A DNA stretch of 40,823 nucleotides, from positions 10,743 to 51,565 of the forward strand of contig DPPH01000052.1 in assembly GCA_003539375.1 (NCBI GenBank), written 5' to 3'. Source of the DNA: Clostridiales bacterium. GTDB lineage: Bacteria > Bacillota > Clostridia > Tissierellales > Dethiosulfatibacteraceae. The position numbers and the translations under genes were made by a program. The notes under the pieces were generated by a model. The model had not been told where the DNA came from. It did no database searches and saw only the letters and a list, made by a program, of their open reading frames with translations. Of this stretch, positions 7,137 to 15,809 are shown piece after piece; within the stretch, counting starts at the first letter, position 1; the number at the start of each line of letters is the position of its first letter.

Positions 7137-7865
7137 ATGGATTATTTATATGATGGTACTTACACAGGATTTATGACTTCTTTATACCTTCATTTTAAAT
7201 ACAGAGAAAGTACAGGTATTTATTCAAAAAAATTCTATCAAGAATCCTTGACATCAAATTATAAAATAGTGAAAACTAATGAAGATTTATCTCAAAAAAT
7301 GGAAGGATTAATAAGGGATAAAATTTCTAGTAGGGCCTTAAAGTTAATTTATTATAGTTTTCTATCAAACGAAGAAAAAAAAGAAATGTTTATTATAAAA
7401 TTTGTAAAATTAGGTTTAATAAAAGGAAATATTACTGGTCTATATTCTCATGAAGATACTTTTCCTCTTCAAAAAATATATGATAAAGTATCTAAAGAAA
7501 AACATAGATTTTTAGGGATAATTAGATTTAAAGATATTAATGGAGTGTTATTTTCAAAATATTCACCAGATCATGATATTACAGAACTTATTATGCCCCA
7601 TTTTTCCGATAGGTATAAAAATGAGAACTTAATAATTTTTGATGAAAAGAGATTAAAAGCTGGTACATATAATAAAAATGAATGGTATCTTTCAAAAATT
7701 GATAAAAGAATTTATGATAAATTCAAAGATGAAGAAGAAATTTATGAAAAAATGTGGAGAGAATATTTTAATTCTATAAGCATAGATGATAGGAAAAACT
7801 TAAAGGCTCAATTTCAATTTGTACCTTATAGGTATAGAAAAAATATTACGGAATTTAATAAATAA
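7137..7865 (+). CDS. DUF4130 / TIGR03915-like 'probable DNA metabolism protein', obligate partner of the radical SAM protein; no fused UDG domain
   Basis: 242 aa beginning MDYLYDGTYTGFMTSLY, the characteristic YDGsfeG-type N-terminus of this family. The start lies 9 nt after the stop of the radical SAM gene, with RBS AAGGAGG. Confidence 0.75.
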   Translation: MDYLYDGTYTGFMTSLYLHFKYRESTGIYSKKFYQESLTSNYKIVKTNEDLSQKMEGLIRDKISSRALKLIYYSFLSNEEKKEMFIIKFVKLGLIKGNITGLYSHEDTFPLQKIYDKVSKEKHRFLGIIRFKDINGVLFSKYSPDHDITELIMPHFSDRYKNENLIIFDEKRLKAGTYNKNEWYLSKIDKRIYDKFKDEEEIYEKMWREYFNSISIDDRKNLKAQFQFVPYRYRKNITEFNK

Positions 7866-7907
7866 TATTTATAATTAATTCTGAATAAAACCTTAATAAA
7901 TAAAGTG

Positions 7908-7945
7908 TACACCTTAAATAAACTTATGAAAGGTGTATTTTTTTT
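7908..7945 (+). terminator. Rho-independent terminator
   Basis: TACACCTT (7908-7915) pairs with AAGGTGTA (7930-7937). TTTTTTTT follows at 7938-7945. Confidence 0.65.
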
Positions 7946-8090
7946 GCGGACACAAGTTTTTAAAATTACACAAAACAGAATTCGAAAAAGTTTACTAAAG
8001 AAAAAATTAAAATAATAAACAAATAAGGTTGAAAAATTAATTTAATTTTGCTATGCTATATTCTAAAGTGAAATAGGTGGTGTAATAATT

Positions 8091-11000
8091 ATGAGAAAAT
8101 TTAAAAGAATTTTAGTGGCAAATAGGGGAGAAATCGCCATAAGAGTATTTAGAGCATGTAAAGAAATGGGAATTAGGTCTGTAGCTATTTATTCAGAAGA
8201 AGATAAAAATTCTCTTTTTAGAACAAAGGCCGATGAGTCCTATCAGATTGGTAAAAATAAAAGTCCAGTAGATGCTTATCTAGATATAGATGAAATTATA
8301 AACATGGCTATTTCAAAAGGTGTGGATGCAATACATCCAGGATACGGCTTTTTATCTGAAAATGTAGAATTTGCTAGAAAATGTAAAGAGTCTGGAATAG
8401 ATTTTATTGGACCAAACCATGAAATGATGGACCAGCTTGGAGACAAAATAAAATCTAAAAAAGTTGCTAACAAAGTAGGAGTCCCTACGATTCCAGGAAT
8501 TGAAAAAGCTGTAAAAAATCATAAAGATGCAGTAGATTTTGCAAACTATTGCGGATATCCTGTTATTTTAAAGGCAGCAGCTGGCGGCGGCGGAAGAGGA
8601 ATGAGAATTGTTAGAAAAGAAGAAGATTTAATTGACGAATTTAAAAGTGCAAAAAATGAAGCAAAAAAAGCTTTCGGCATAGACGATATTTTTATAGAAA
8701 AGTATTTAGAAAAGCCAAAGCATATTGAAGTACAGATATTAGGGGATAAACATGGTAATATTGTTCATCTATTTGAAAGAGACTGTTCTATTCAAAGGAG
8801 ACATCAGAAGATTATTGAATTTACCCCAGCTTTGTGTATAGATGATAAGAAAAGACAGGAAATATGTGAAGATGCCTTATCTATTGCAAAAGCAGTGGAT
8901 TACGTTAATGCAGGTACGGTAGAATTCTTAGTAGATTCTAAGGGAGACCACTATTTTATTGAGATGAATCCTAGAATACAGGTTGAGCACACGGTAACTG
9001 AAGAAGTAACTGGAATTGATATTGTACAATCCCAAATTTTGATTGCTGAAGGATATCCCTTAAGCTCAGAAGAAATAGGTATAAAATCTCAAGAAGATAT
9101 AAGACAGAATGGATTTGCAATACAGTGTAGGGTAACTACCGAAGATCCTGCTAACAATTTTGCTCCTGACACCGGTACTATTGATGTTTATAGGTCAAGT
9201 TCAGGATTAGGTATTAGACTTGATGGTGGAAATGGTTTTACAGGGGCTGTTATAAGCCCTTATTACGACAGTTTGCTTGTAAAGGTAACTTCCAAGGCTA
9301 GAACCTTTAAAGATGCTGTAAACAAATCCTCGAGAGCTCTAAGAGAGTTTAATGTTAGAGGCGTGAAAACTAACATAGGATTTCTTCTTAATGTTTTAAA
9401 TCATGAAACTTTTGTGAAAGGTATGTGTGATACTGGCTTTATAGCTGATAATCCGGAACTTTTTGATATTAGAAGTGGAAGAGATTCAGAACTTAGAGTT
9501 ATAAAATACATTGGAGAAAAAGTAGTAAATGAAACTAGGGGAGTAAAACCTCAATTTGATGTTCCTAGAATTCCTAAATATTATGAAAATTTCATAAAAG
9601 AAGGTACTAAAAATATCTTTGATAAAGAAGGATCAAAAGGAATAGTTAAATGGATTAAAAATCAAAAGAAATTACTACTTACAGATACAACTATGAGGGA
9701 TGCTCATCAGTCTCTTATGGCAACTAGAATGCGTACAATAGATATGCTCAAAATTGCTCCTGCTGTAGCAAGATTAGCTCCAGACTTATTTTCTATAGAG
9801 ATGTGGGGTGGAGCAACTTTTGATGTATCTTACAGATTTTTAAAAGAATCTCCCTGGGAAAGAATGGAAAAATTGAGAGAAGAAATTCCAAATATTCTTT
9901 TCCAAATGTTATTAAGAGGATCTAATGGAGTAGGATATAAAAATTATCCAGATAATGTTATTAGAGAATTTGTTAAGGAATCTGCCAATAGTGGCATTGA
10001 TGTATTTAGAATATTTGATTCCTTAAACTGGATTAAAGGAATGGAAATTTCAATTGACGAAGTTTTAAACCAGGGCAAGATAGCTGAAGCATGTATGTGT
10101 TATACTGGTGATATTTTAGATAAAAAAAGAGATAAATATTCTCTTAAGTATTACGTAAATATGGCTAAGGAACTAGAAAAAGCAGGAGCCCATATACTAG
10201 GGATAAAAGATATGTCGGGACTTTTAAAACCTTTGGCAGCAGATAAATTAATAAGGGCTTTAAAGAATGAAATTAGTATACCAATTCACTTACATACTCA
10301 CGATACTAGTGGTAACGGTGTGGCTGCATTACTAATGGCTGCAAATGCAGGAGTAGATATTGTAGATACAGCATTTAACAGTATGTCAGGACTTACAAGT
10401 CAACCGGCACTAAACTCGGTGGCAGCAGCTTTAGAAAATACTGAAAGAGAAACTGGATTAGATATGGAAAAGATACAGGAAATATCTGATTACTGGAGAA
10501 GCGTGAGGCCTGTTTACAATAAATTTGAATCGGACTTAAAGTCAGGAACTGCAGAAATATACAAATATGAAATTCCTGGAGGTCAGTATTCTAATTTAAA
10601 ACCACAGGTAGAAAGTTTTGGCTTAGGTCATAAATTTAAAGAAGTAAAAGAGATGTATAAAAAAGTAAACATAATGTTAGGAGACATAATAAAAGTTACA
10701 CCATCATCAAAAGTAGTAGGAGATTTGGCTATTTTCATGGTACAAAATAACTATACTCCAGAGAATATCTACGATAAGGCAAAAGGGCAGGATTTTCCTG
10801 ATTCAGTGGTTTCATATTTTAGAGGTATGATGGGCCAACCCCAAGGGGGATTTCCAGAAAAACTTCAGAAATTAGTATTAAAAGACGAGAAGCCTATTAC
10901 AGTGAGACCAGGAGAATTATTAGAACCTTTAGATTTTAACGAGATTAGAAATAAGATAGAAGAGAAGCATAAAATTAATGCCGGTATTAAAGACATACTA

Positions 11001-11519
11001 AGCTATGCCCTTTATCCTAAAGTATATGATGAATATTTGACTTATGTAGAGAAAGAAGGGGACTTTACCCTACTGGGAAGTGATGTTTATTTTCACGGTC
11101 TGGAAGAAGGAGAAACCTGTGAAGTAAAGATAGCTGAAGGTAAGATTCTTGTAGTAAAATTAGTTGAGGTAAGAAAATTAGACGAGGAAGGTTATAGGGA
11201 TGTGGCTTTTGAGATTAACGGAAACCGTAGAGTAGTTAGGATAAAAGATAAAAGTATTAAGGGTTCGATAATAAAAGAAGAAAAGCGAAAAGCAGATCCT
11301 GAAAATCAAAAAGAGATTGGAGCTAACATACCGGGTAAAATTATAAAAATTTTAGTAAAAGAAGACCAAGAAGTAGAAGTAAATCAACCGGTAGCTATTA
11401 TAGAAGCTATGAAGATGGAAACTAAGATTATAGCACCTGTGAAGGGGAAAATAAAGGAAATAAACATTAAAGAAGGACAGCAGGTGGAATCTCAAGAATT
11501 AATAGCTGTAATTGAATAA
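8091..11519 (+). CDS. pyc: Pyruvate carboxylase (biotin carboxylase + carboxyltransferase + biotinyl domains)
   Basis: 1142 aa. N-terminus RILVANRGEIAIRVFRA, ATP-grasp GGGGRGMR, carboxyltransferase LLLTDTTMRDAHQSL, biotinylation motif EAMKMET near the C-terminus. Confidence 0.97.
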   Translation: MRKFKRILVANRGEIAIRVFRACKEMGIRSVAIYSEEDKNSLFRTKADESYQIGKNKSPVDAYLDIDEIINMAISKGVDAIHPGYGFLSENVEFARKCKESGIDFIGPNHEMMDQLGDKIKSKKVANKVGVPTIPGIEKAVKNHKDAVDFANYCGYPVILKAAAGGGGRGMRIVRKEEDLIDEFKSAKNEAKKAFGIDDIFIEKYLEKPKHIEVQILGDKHGNIVHLFERDCSIQRRHQKIIEFTPALCIDDKKRQEICEDALSIAKAVDYVNAGTVEFLVDSKGDHYFIEMNPRIQVEHTVTEEVTGIDIVQSQILIAEGYPLSSEEIGIKSQEDIRQNGFAIQCRVTTEDPANNFAPDTGTIDVYRSSSGLGIRLDGGNGFTGAVISPYYDSLLVKVTSKARTFKDAVNKSSRALREFNVRGVKTNIGFLLNVLNHETFVKGMCDTGFIADNPELFDIRSGRDSELRVIKYIGEKVVNETRGVKPQFDVPRIPKYYENFIKEGTKNIFDKEGSKGIVKWIKNQKKLLLTDTTMRDAHQSLMATRMRTIDMLKIAPAVARLAPDLFSIEMWGGATFDVSYRFLKESPWERMEKLREEIPNILFQMLLRGSNGVGYKNYPDNVIREFVKESANSGIDVFRIFDSLNWIKGMEISIDEVLNQGKIAEACMCYTGDILDKKRDKYSLKYYVNMAKELEKAGAHILGIKDMSGLLKPLAADKLIRALKNEISIPIHLHTHDTSGNGVAALLMAANAGVDIVDTAFNSMSGLTSQPALNSVAAALENTERETGLDMEKIQEISDYWRSVRPVYNKFESDLKSGTAEIYKYEIPGGQYSNLKPQVESFGLGHKFKEVKEMYKKVNIMLGDIIKVTPSSKVVGDLAIFMVQNNYTPENIYDKAKGQDFPDSVVSYFRGMMGQPQGGFPEKLQKLVLKDEKPITVRPGELLEPLDFNEIRNKIEEKHKINAGIKDILSYALYPKVYDEYLTYVEKEGDFTLLGSDVYFHGLEEGETCEVKIAEGKILVVKLVEVRKLDEEGYRDVAFEINGNRRVVRIKDKSIKGSIIKEEKRKADPENQKEIGANIPGKIIKILVKEDQEVEVNQPVAIIEAMKMETKIIAPVKGKIKEINIKEGQQVESQELIAVIE

Positions 11520-11523
11520 AAAC

Positions 11524-11553
11524 TTGATAAAACCCTCCTAATTAAAATATAAT
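11524..11553 (+). promoter_or_regulatory. Possible mtnA promoter embedded in the terminator: TTGATA - 18 nt - TATAAT
   Basis: TTGATA at 11524-11529 and TATAAT at 11548-11553, the latter in the hairpin loop. A start near 11560 would give a short leader containing only the 3' arm, leaving the SD free. Confidence 0.35.
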
Positions 11554-11575
11554 ATATTTATTAGGAGGGTTTTTT
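11531..11575 (+). terminator. Strong hairpin plus T-tract after pyc; the 3' arm contains the mtnA Shine-Dalgarno
   Basis: AACCCTCCTAAT (11531-11542) pairs perfectly over 12 bp with ATTAGGAGGGTT (11560-11571), with a 17-nt AT loop. The T-run 11570-11575 leads directly into ATG 11576. Confidence 0.75.
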
Positions 11576-12682
11576 ATGCTTGTGAAAAATAAAAGATATA
11601 AAACTATATGGTTGGATGATGATGAAAGAGTTAAAATAATTGATCAAAGGTATCTACCACATAAATTTATAATAGAAACTATATCAACAACAAAGGATAT
11701 GGCAAAAGCAATAAAAGATATGCACTTAAGAGGAGCAGGATTAATAGGTGCAGCTGCAGGTTACGGAGTGTATCTTTCTGCCCAAGAAAATTTATCCCGA
11801 AAAATATCTGTTGAAAAATATAAGGATTATTTATTAAAAGATGCAGAAATGCTTAAAAAAACAAGACCAACGGCAGTAAATCTAGAATATGCTTTAAAGA
11901 GACAAATTAATAATATAAATACAACAGGTAGTAAAGAAGAGTTAATAAAGAAAATAAGACAAGAGGCTATAGATATAGCGAGAGAAGATGAATTAAGTTG
12001 TAAAAAAATAGGAGAATATGGAAGTAAAATTATTGAAGAAATAAGTAGAAAGAAAGACGGTAAAGTTGTTAATATACTTACCCACTGCAATGCTGGATGG
12101 CTAGCTTTTGTAGATTACGGTACGGCAACTTCTCCTATATACGAAGCTTATAGAAAAGGGATTAAGGTTCATGTTTGGGTTGATGAAACAAGACCACGAA
12201 ATCAAGGAGCCAGACTTACAGCCTGGGAATTAGGAAATCACGGTATTGATCATACTATTATAGCTGATAATGTAGGAGGATATCTCATGCAAAAGGGTAT
12301 GGTTGATATGGTTATAGTTGGATCAGATCGCACTACTTTTACAGGGGATGTTGCTAATAAAATAGGAACTTATCTGAAAGCTTTGGCAGCTTATGATAAT
12401 CAGGTGCCCTTTTATTCTGCTCTTCCATCTTCTACTATCGACTGGGAAATTAGAGATGGGGTTAATGAAATACCTATAGAAGAAAGAGGCGGTGAAGAAG
12501 TAAAGTACATCCAAGGTTGGCTAGACGGAGAAGTAAAAAAAGTTCTTTTAACTCCTAAAAAAAGTAAAGCCAAAAATTATGCTTTTGATGTTACACCATC
12601 AAAATATATTACCGGTATAATAACTGAAAAAGGTGTCTGCAGTGCTGATGAAAAATCTATAAAAAAAATGTTTGATAAATAG
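11576..12682 (+). CDS. mtnA: S-methyl-5-thioribose-1-phosphate isomerase family protein (eIF-2B alpha/beta/delta-like; MtnA-like)
   Basis: 368 aa. VKIIDQRYLPHKF, MHLRGAGLIGAAA, TRPTAVNL, active-site region LTHCNAGWLA...YGTATSPIY, VDETRPRNQGARLTAWEL, VGSDR. Substrate (MTR-1-P versus 5-deoxyribose-1-P or R15P) cannot be decided from the sequence alone. Confidence 0.8.
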   Translation: MLVKNKRYKTIWLDDDERVKIIDQRYLPHKFIIETISTTKDMAKAIKDMHLRGAGLIGAAAGYGVYLSAQENLSRKISVEKYKDYLLKDAEMLKKTRPTAVNLEYALKRQINNINTTGSKEELIKKIRQEAIDIAREDELSCKKIGEYGSKIIEEISRKKDGKVVNILTHCNAGWLAFVDYGTATSPIYEAYRKGIKVHVWVDETRPRNQGARLTAWELGNHGIDHTIIADNVGGYLMQKGMVDMVIVGSDRTTFTGDVANKIGTYLKALAAYDNQVPFYSALPSSTIDWEIRDGVNEIPIEERGGEEVKYIQGWLDGEVKKVLLTPKKSKAKNYAFDVTPSKYITGIITEKGVCSADEKSIKKMFDK

Positions 12683-12711
12683 TCGAAGAATATCGACTAT
12701 TTTTTTCTTTT
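12681..12711 (+). terminator. Rho-independent terminator after mtnA
   Basis: AGTCGA (12681-12686) pairs with TCGACT (12693-12698). ATTTTTTTCTTTT follows. Confidence 0.6.
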
Positions 12712-12781
12712 GTAGACGTTTTATAGACGTTATATATATATAATATAAATATAAAATTAAAATATTATAAGGAGGATTGTC

Positions 12782-14806
12782 ATGTTAAATAATGTTGATA
12801 TTTCCAAATCAATGACAATTAAATTAGATTCAGAATTACCTGAACATCCTGGATTCGACGATAAATACAGAAGAGCCCCAAAAAGAGAAGTTACTTTAAC
12901 AGAAAGAGAAATTAAACTAGCTTTAAAGAATGCATTGAGATACGTGCCTGAAGAGCACCATGAGACACTTGCACCGGAGTTTCTGGAAGAACTTATGACA
13001 ATGGGAAGAATTTACGGATATAGATATAGACCAAAAGGACACATCAAAGGAAAGCCTATAGAGGAATATAAAGGAAAATGTACTGAAGGTAAGGCAATGC
13101 AGGTCATGATAGATAACAATTTAGATTTTGATATAGCATTGTACCCTTACGAACTTGTTACCTATGGTGAAACAGGACAGGTTTGTCAAAACTGGATGCA
13201 GTATCGATTGATTAAAAAATACTTGGAAGAACTTACTACAGAACAAACCCTCGTAGTTATGTCTGGACATCCACTAGGATTATTTAAATCAAACGAAAAA
13301 AGTCCGAGGGTTATCTTGACAAATGGACTTATGGTGGGAATGTTTGATAATCCAGAAGACTGGGCAAAGGCTACAGCTATGGGAGTTTCCAGCTACGGAC
13401 AAATGACGGCAGGTGGTTGGATGTATATAGGACCACAAGGAATTGTACATGGTACCTTTAATACTCTATTAAATGCTGGAAGAATGAAATTAGGAGTAGC
13501 AGAAGATGGAGACATAAGAGGGCATCTTTTTGTATCTTCTGGTCTTGGTGGAATGAGCGGAGCTCAAGCAAAAGCGGTTGAAATAGCCAACGGAGTAGGA
13601 ATAATTGCTGAAGTTGATAAATCTAGAATAGAAACGAGAATAGAACAAGGTTGGGTATCTAAATCTACAGATAGTATTAAAGAAGCTTTTGCAATTGCTC
13701 AAGAGTACATAGAGAAAAAGGAACCAATGTCAATAGCTTATGAAGGAAATATAGTAGATTTATTAGAATATGCTGTAGATAATGATGTTAAAATAGAACT
13801 ACTATCAGACCAGACATCATGTCATGTGCCTTACGACGGAGGATACTGTCCTCAAGGACTAACTTTTGAAGAAAGAACAGAACTTCTTAAGAACAACAAG
13901 AAAGAATTTAAGAAAAAAGTTGACGAAAGTTTGATTAAACATTTTAAGTTGGTTAAGAAACTGGTAGATAAAGGGACCTATTTCTTTGATTATGGGAATG
14001 CATTTATGAGAGCGGTCTTTGATGCAGGAGCTAAGGAAATAGCAAAAAATGGTAAAGACACCAGTGAAGGATTTATTTTCCCTTCTTATGTTGAAGATAT
14101 TATGGGTCCAATGCTTTTCGATTATGGATACGGACCATTTAGATGGGTTTGCTTAAGCGGAAATCACGAAGATCTTATAAAAACCGATAAAGCAGCGATG
14201 GATATAATAGACCCTAATAGAAGAGGTCAGGATAGGGATAATTATGTGTGGATAAGAGATGCAGAGAAAAACAAATTAGTTGTAGGAACCCAAGCTAGAA
14301 TTTTATATCAAGACGCTTTGGGAAGAAGAGATATAGCTCTTAAATTTAACAAAATGGTAAGAGATGGTGAAATAGGACCTGTTATGCTGGGAAGAGACCA
14401 CCACGATACAGGGGGTACAGATTCACCTTATAGAGAAACTTCAAATATTAAAGACGGTAGTAACGTAACTGCTGATATGGCCATACACTGCTTTGCTGGA
14501 AATGCAGCAAGAGGAATGAGTTTAGTAGCTCTACACAACGGTGGTGGAGTAGGTATAAGCAAAGCTATTAACGGTGGTTTTGGAATGGTACTTGATGGTA
14601 GTAAAAGGGTTGATGAGATACTCATGAAATCAATTCCATGGGATACTATGGTAGGTGTTGCGAGAAGAAACTGGGCAAGATGTGAAAATTCTATAGATAC
14701 GGTTTCGGAGTATAACAATAAATTCAAAGGTGAAGACCACATAACCATACCTTATATAGCAGACGATGGGTTAATAGAAGAAACTTATAAAAATTTTAAA
14801 AAGTAA
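12782..14806 (+). CDS. hutU: Urocanate hydratase (long form)
   Basis: 674 aa. YPYELVTYGETGQVCQNW, GMSGAQ, GPFRWVCLSG, HDTGGTDSPYRETSN and ALHNGGGVGI are typical urocanase blocks. RBS AAGGAGG. Confidence 0.95.
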   Translation: MLNNVDISKSMTIKLDSELPEHPGFDDKYRRAPKREVTLTEREIKLALKNALRYVPEEHHETLAPEFLEELMTMGRIYGYRYRPKGHIKGKPIEEYKGKCTEGKAMQVMIDNNLDFDIALYPYELVTYGETGQVCQNWMQYRLIKKYLEELTTEQTLVVMSGHPLGLFKSNEKSPRVILTNGLMVGMFDNPEDWAKATAMGVSSYGQMTAGGWMYIGPQGIVHGTFNTLLNAGRMKLGVAEDGDIRGHLFVSSGLGGMSGAQAKAVEIANGVGIIAEVDKSRIETRIEQGWVSKSTDSIKEAFAIAQEYIEKKEPMSIAYEGNIVDLLEYAVDNDVKIELLSDQTSCHVPYDGGYCPQGLTFEERTELLKNNKKEFKKKVDESLIKHFKLVKKLVDKGTYFFDYGNAFMRAVFDAGAKEIAKNGKDTSEGFIFPSYVEDIMGPMLFDYGYGPFRWVCLSGNHEDLIKTDKAAMDIIDPNRRGQDRDNYVWIRDAEKNKLVVGTQARILYQDALGRRDIALKFNKMVRDGEIGPVMLGRDHHDTGGTDSPYRETSNIKDGSNVTADMAIHCFAGNAARGMSLVALHNGGGVGISKAINGGFGMVLDGSKRVDEILMKSIPWDTMVGVARRNWARCENSIDTVSEYNNKFKGEDHITIPYIADDGLIEETYKNFKK

Positions 14807-14891
14807 ATATAATTCAAAAATAAAATCAAGATAATGATGGAGTCAAAAGATTCTGTCATTATCTATTTAATAAAATATTTAGGAGGACAAA

Positions 14892-15782
14892 ATGGATAGA
14901 ATTGTAGAATGTGTACCAAATTTTAGTGAAGGTAGAGATTTAGATAAAATTGAAAAAATCGTAGAATCTTTTAGAGGTAAAAAAGGAGTTAAACTACTGG
15001 ATTACAGCAACGACGAAGACCATAACAGGTGTGTAGTGACTGTAGTTGGAGAACCAGAGGAATTAAAAGAAGCAGTACTAGAAGCTATTGACAAGGCTGT
15101 CGAGCTAATAGATTTAACTAAACATGAAGGACAACACCCAAGAATGGGAGCTGTAGATGTTATTCCTTTTATACCGATTAGAAATGTAACAGTAGAAGAA
15201 GCAGATAAATTAGCAAAAGAAGTAGCTGAAAAAGCTTCTAAAAAACACAACCTACCATTTTTCTTATATGAAAAATCGGCATCAGCATCTCATAGATCAA
15301 ATCTTGCTAAAATAAGAAAAGGACAGTTTGAAAAAATGTCTGAAAAAATGAAAGATGAAGAATGGAAGCCGGATTTTGGACCGGATAAGGTACATCCGAC
15401 TGCAGGAGTAACAGCCATAGGCGCTAGGATGCCTTTGGTAGCATATAATATAAATCTTGATACAGATAACTTGGAAATTGCTAATAAAATTGCCAGACAG
15501 ATCAGACACATAAACGGTGGATTTAGATACTGTAAATCAATAGGTATTGAACTTGAAGACAGGAATATTGTCCAGGTTTCAATGAACTTAACCGACTATA
15601 CTAAGACGGCTATATATAGAGTTTTTGAAACTGTAAAAATGGAATGTAGAAGATACGGTGTAAATGTACTAGGTAGCGAAATAATTGGATTAGTACCGAT
15701 GGCTGCATTAGTCGATACAGCTGAATACTATTTAGGATTGGAAGATTTTAAAATTGACCAGGTTTTAGAAACGAGACTTTAA
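14892..15782 (+). CDS. ftcD: Glutamate formimidoyltransferase
   Basis: 296 aa starting MDRIVECVPNFSEGRD, with HPRMGAVDVIPFIP; characteristic of the FTCD N-terminal transferase domain. Confidence 0.9.
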   Translation: MDRIVECVPNFSEGRDLDKIEKIVESFRGKKGVKLLDYSNDEDHNRCVVTVVGEPEELKEAVLEAIDKAVELIDLTKHEGQHPRMGAVDVIPFIPIRNVTVEEADKLAKEVAEKASKKHNLPFFLYEKSASASHRSNLAKIRKGQFEKMSEKMKDEEWKPDFGPDKVHPTAGVTAIGARMPLVAYNINLDTDNLEIANKIARQIRHINGGFRYCKSIGIELEDRNIVQVSMNLTDYTKTAIYRVFETVKMECRRYGVNVLGSEIIGLVPMAALVDTAEYYLGLEDFKIDQVLETRL

Positions 15783-15809
15783 TGTTATAATAAAACAGGT
15801 GGTGATAAA

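Noticed and set aside
12710-12724. CcpA cre-like sequence TTGTAGACGTTTTAT upstream of hutU
   Set aside because: At least two mismatches to the WTGNAANCGNWNNCW consensus at conserved positions, including the 3' C. It is better described as part of the TAGACGTT direct repeat.
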